A program made the translations under genes and the position numbers. 34,177 nt of DNA, taken from Octopus bimaculoides. Lineage: Eukaryota. Positions 33,370-34,177 of this stretch are shown in pieces; the first letter of the stretch is position 1, and every line of letters starts with the position of its first letter. The notes beneath the pieces were generated by a model. The model did no database searches, was not told the origin of the DNA, and was given only the letters and a program-made list of their open reading frames with translations. The stretch spans positions 103,230,800-103,264,976 of the forward strand of contig NC_068984.1 in NCBI RefSeq assembly GCF_001194135.2. The letters run 5' to 3'.

Positions 33370-33850
33370 TTGAGTGAGAGAGCAGTGCATGCCATCAAAG
33401 TAGTACTGGAGTAAAATATACGAAGCCCATTATACCCATCATGACTACCCGTCTGATAAGGGTACAGCAGGCACATGCATCACAACCATATGTGCGTAAC
33501 ATGGTGATCTCATATCAAGATAAACAGCGCATGACCTTGCAGATGTTTAAGAATGATGAACAAAACACCAATGTTTCCAAAAGTGAATTATCCAAATCCC
33601 AAAGAATTCCTCTCAACACATGGCTATGATGTTCCCCTACTACTTCTGCCCGTGATCAGAGATGCACATACCGCCAACCACTAAGGAATATGCTCAACTG
33701 ATTAAGGTCAAACAACAAATCTATGGTATTGAGCAGAATATTTGCTGTAGCCCACCTTTTATACGAAGACAAAACAATGTACATGATAACATTTCCAATC
33801 AGTTAAAAATGAGAAGCCATGAAAGCCACCGCCTGATACTGCATCAGGGC
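33370..33850 (-). mobile_element. Unclassified ~480-bp non-coding element flanked on both sides by (TAA)n; strand inferred
   Basis: High-complexity block with sharp (ATT)n boundaries and a 6-bp terminal hairpin cctgat-actgc-atcagg (33832-33848). No recognisable protein; single copy in this window. Confidence 0.55.
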
Positions 33851-33890
<40 letters not shown>

Positions 33891-34177
33891 GTTTTATGTT
33901 TGACTTTTGTTTTGCATTTGTACAAGTTGGATCCAAGTCTCACCCAGAGACCTCAAGAGACAACAAGTTAGAAGTTCATGTAGGTGTTATGCCTAGGGTA
34001 CCATACATTTGGTTTTGTACAGTTTTGTTCTAGTGAATGTTTAAGAAACCATAAGAAAATTATGTTTGTTTTAAAATTTGAGATCACATAGACAGTATTT
34101 TACGTAGGATATGGGCAGTTCCCATGAGCACTATCTTTTGAACTTCAGCCATTTTGGGGTTTCCTGGTATCTGAGCT
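33891..34177 (-). mobile_element. R4/Dong-clade non-LTR retrotransposon 3' end, family 3 (continues beyond the window)
   Basis: AQIPGNPKMAEVQKIVLMGTAHILRKILSM* (34176-34084), ~190-nt 3' UTR, (TAA)n tail. Confidence 0.88.

Overview
AT-rich, microsatellite-dense, gap-ridden eukaryotic non-coding DNA (nine N-gaps, almost all flanked by simple repeats). The repeat families look coleoid-cephalopod (Octopus-like); that is my recognition, not a database result. I find no credible host-gene exon, rRNA, true tRNA or CRISPR array, and most supplied ORFs are artefacts of microsatellites, Ns or SINEs. The window is a layered set of mobile elements. (1) About 13 copies of a tRNA-derived SINE ('A'), about 9 copies of a bipartite CORE-like SINE with an internal microsatellite ('B'), and one copy of a third SINE. 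(2) A CR1/L2-group LINE 3' end whose tail matches the SINE-B tail. (3) A decayed Tc1-type transposase with DD36E spacing and one TIR. (4) A 3.35-kb hAT element (15-bp TIRs, 8-bp TSD) inserted into a SINE-B head. (5) An 875-bp non-autonomous Helitron with canonical ends. (6) A 209-bp foldback. (7) Two Penelope-type minimal hammerhead-like motifs. (8) At the right end, a co-oriented stack of three different R4/Dong-like retrotransposon 3' ends plus one non-coding element, all embedded in (TAA)n tracts.
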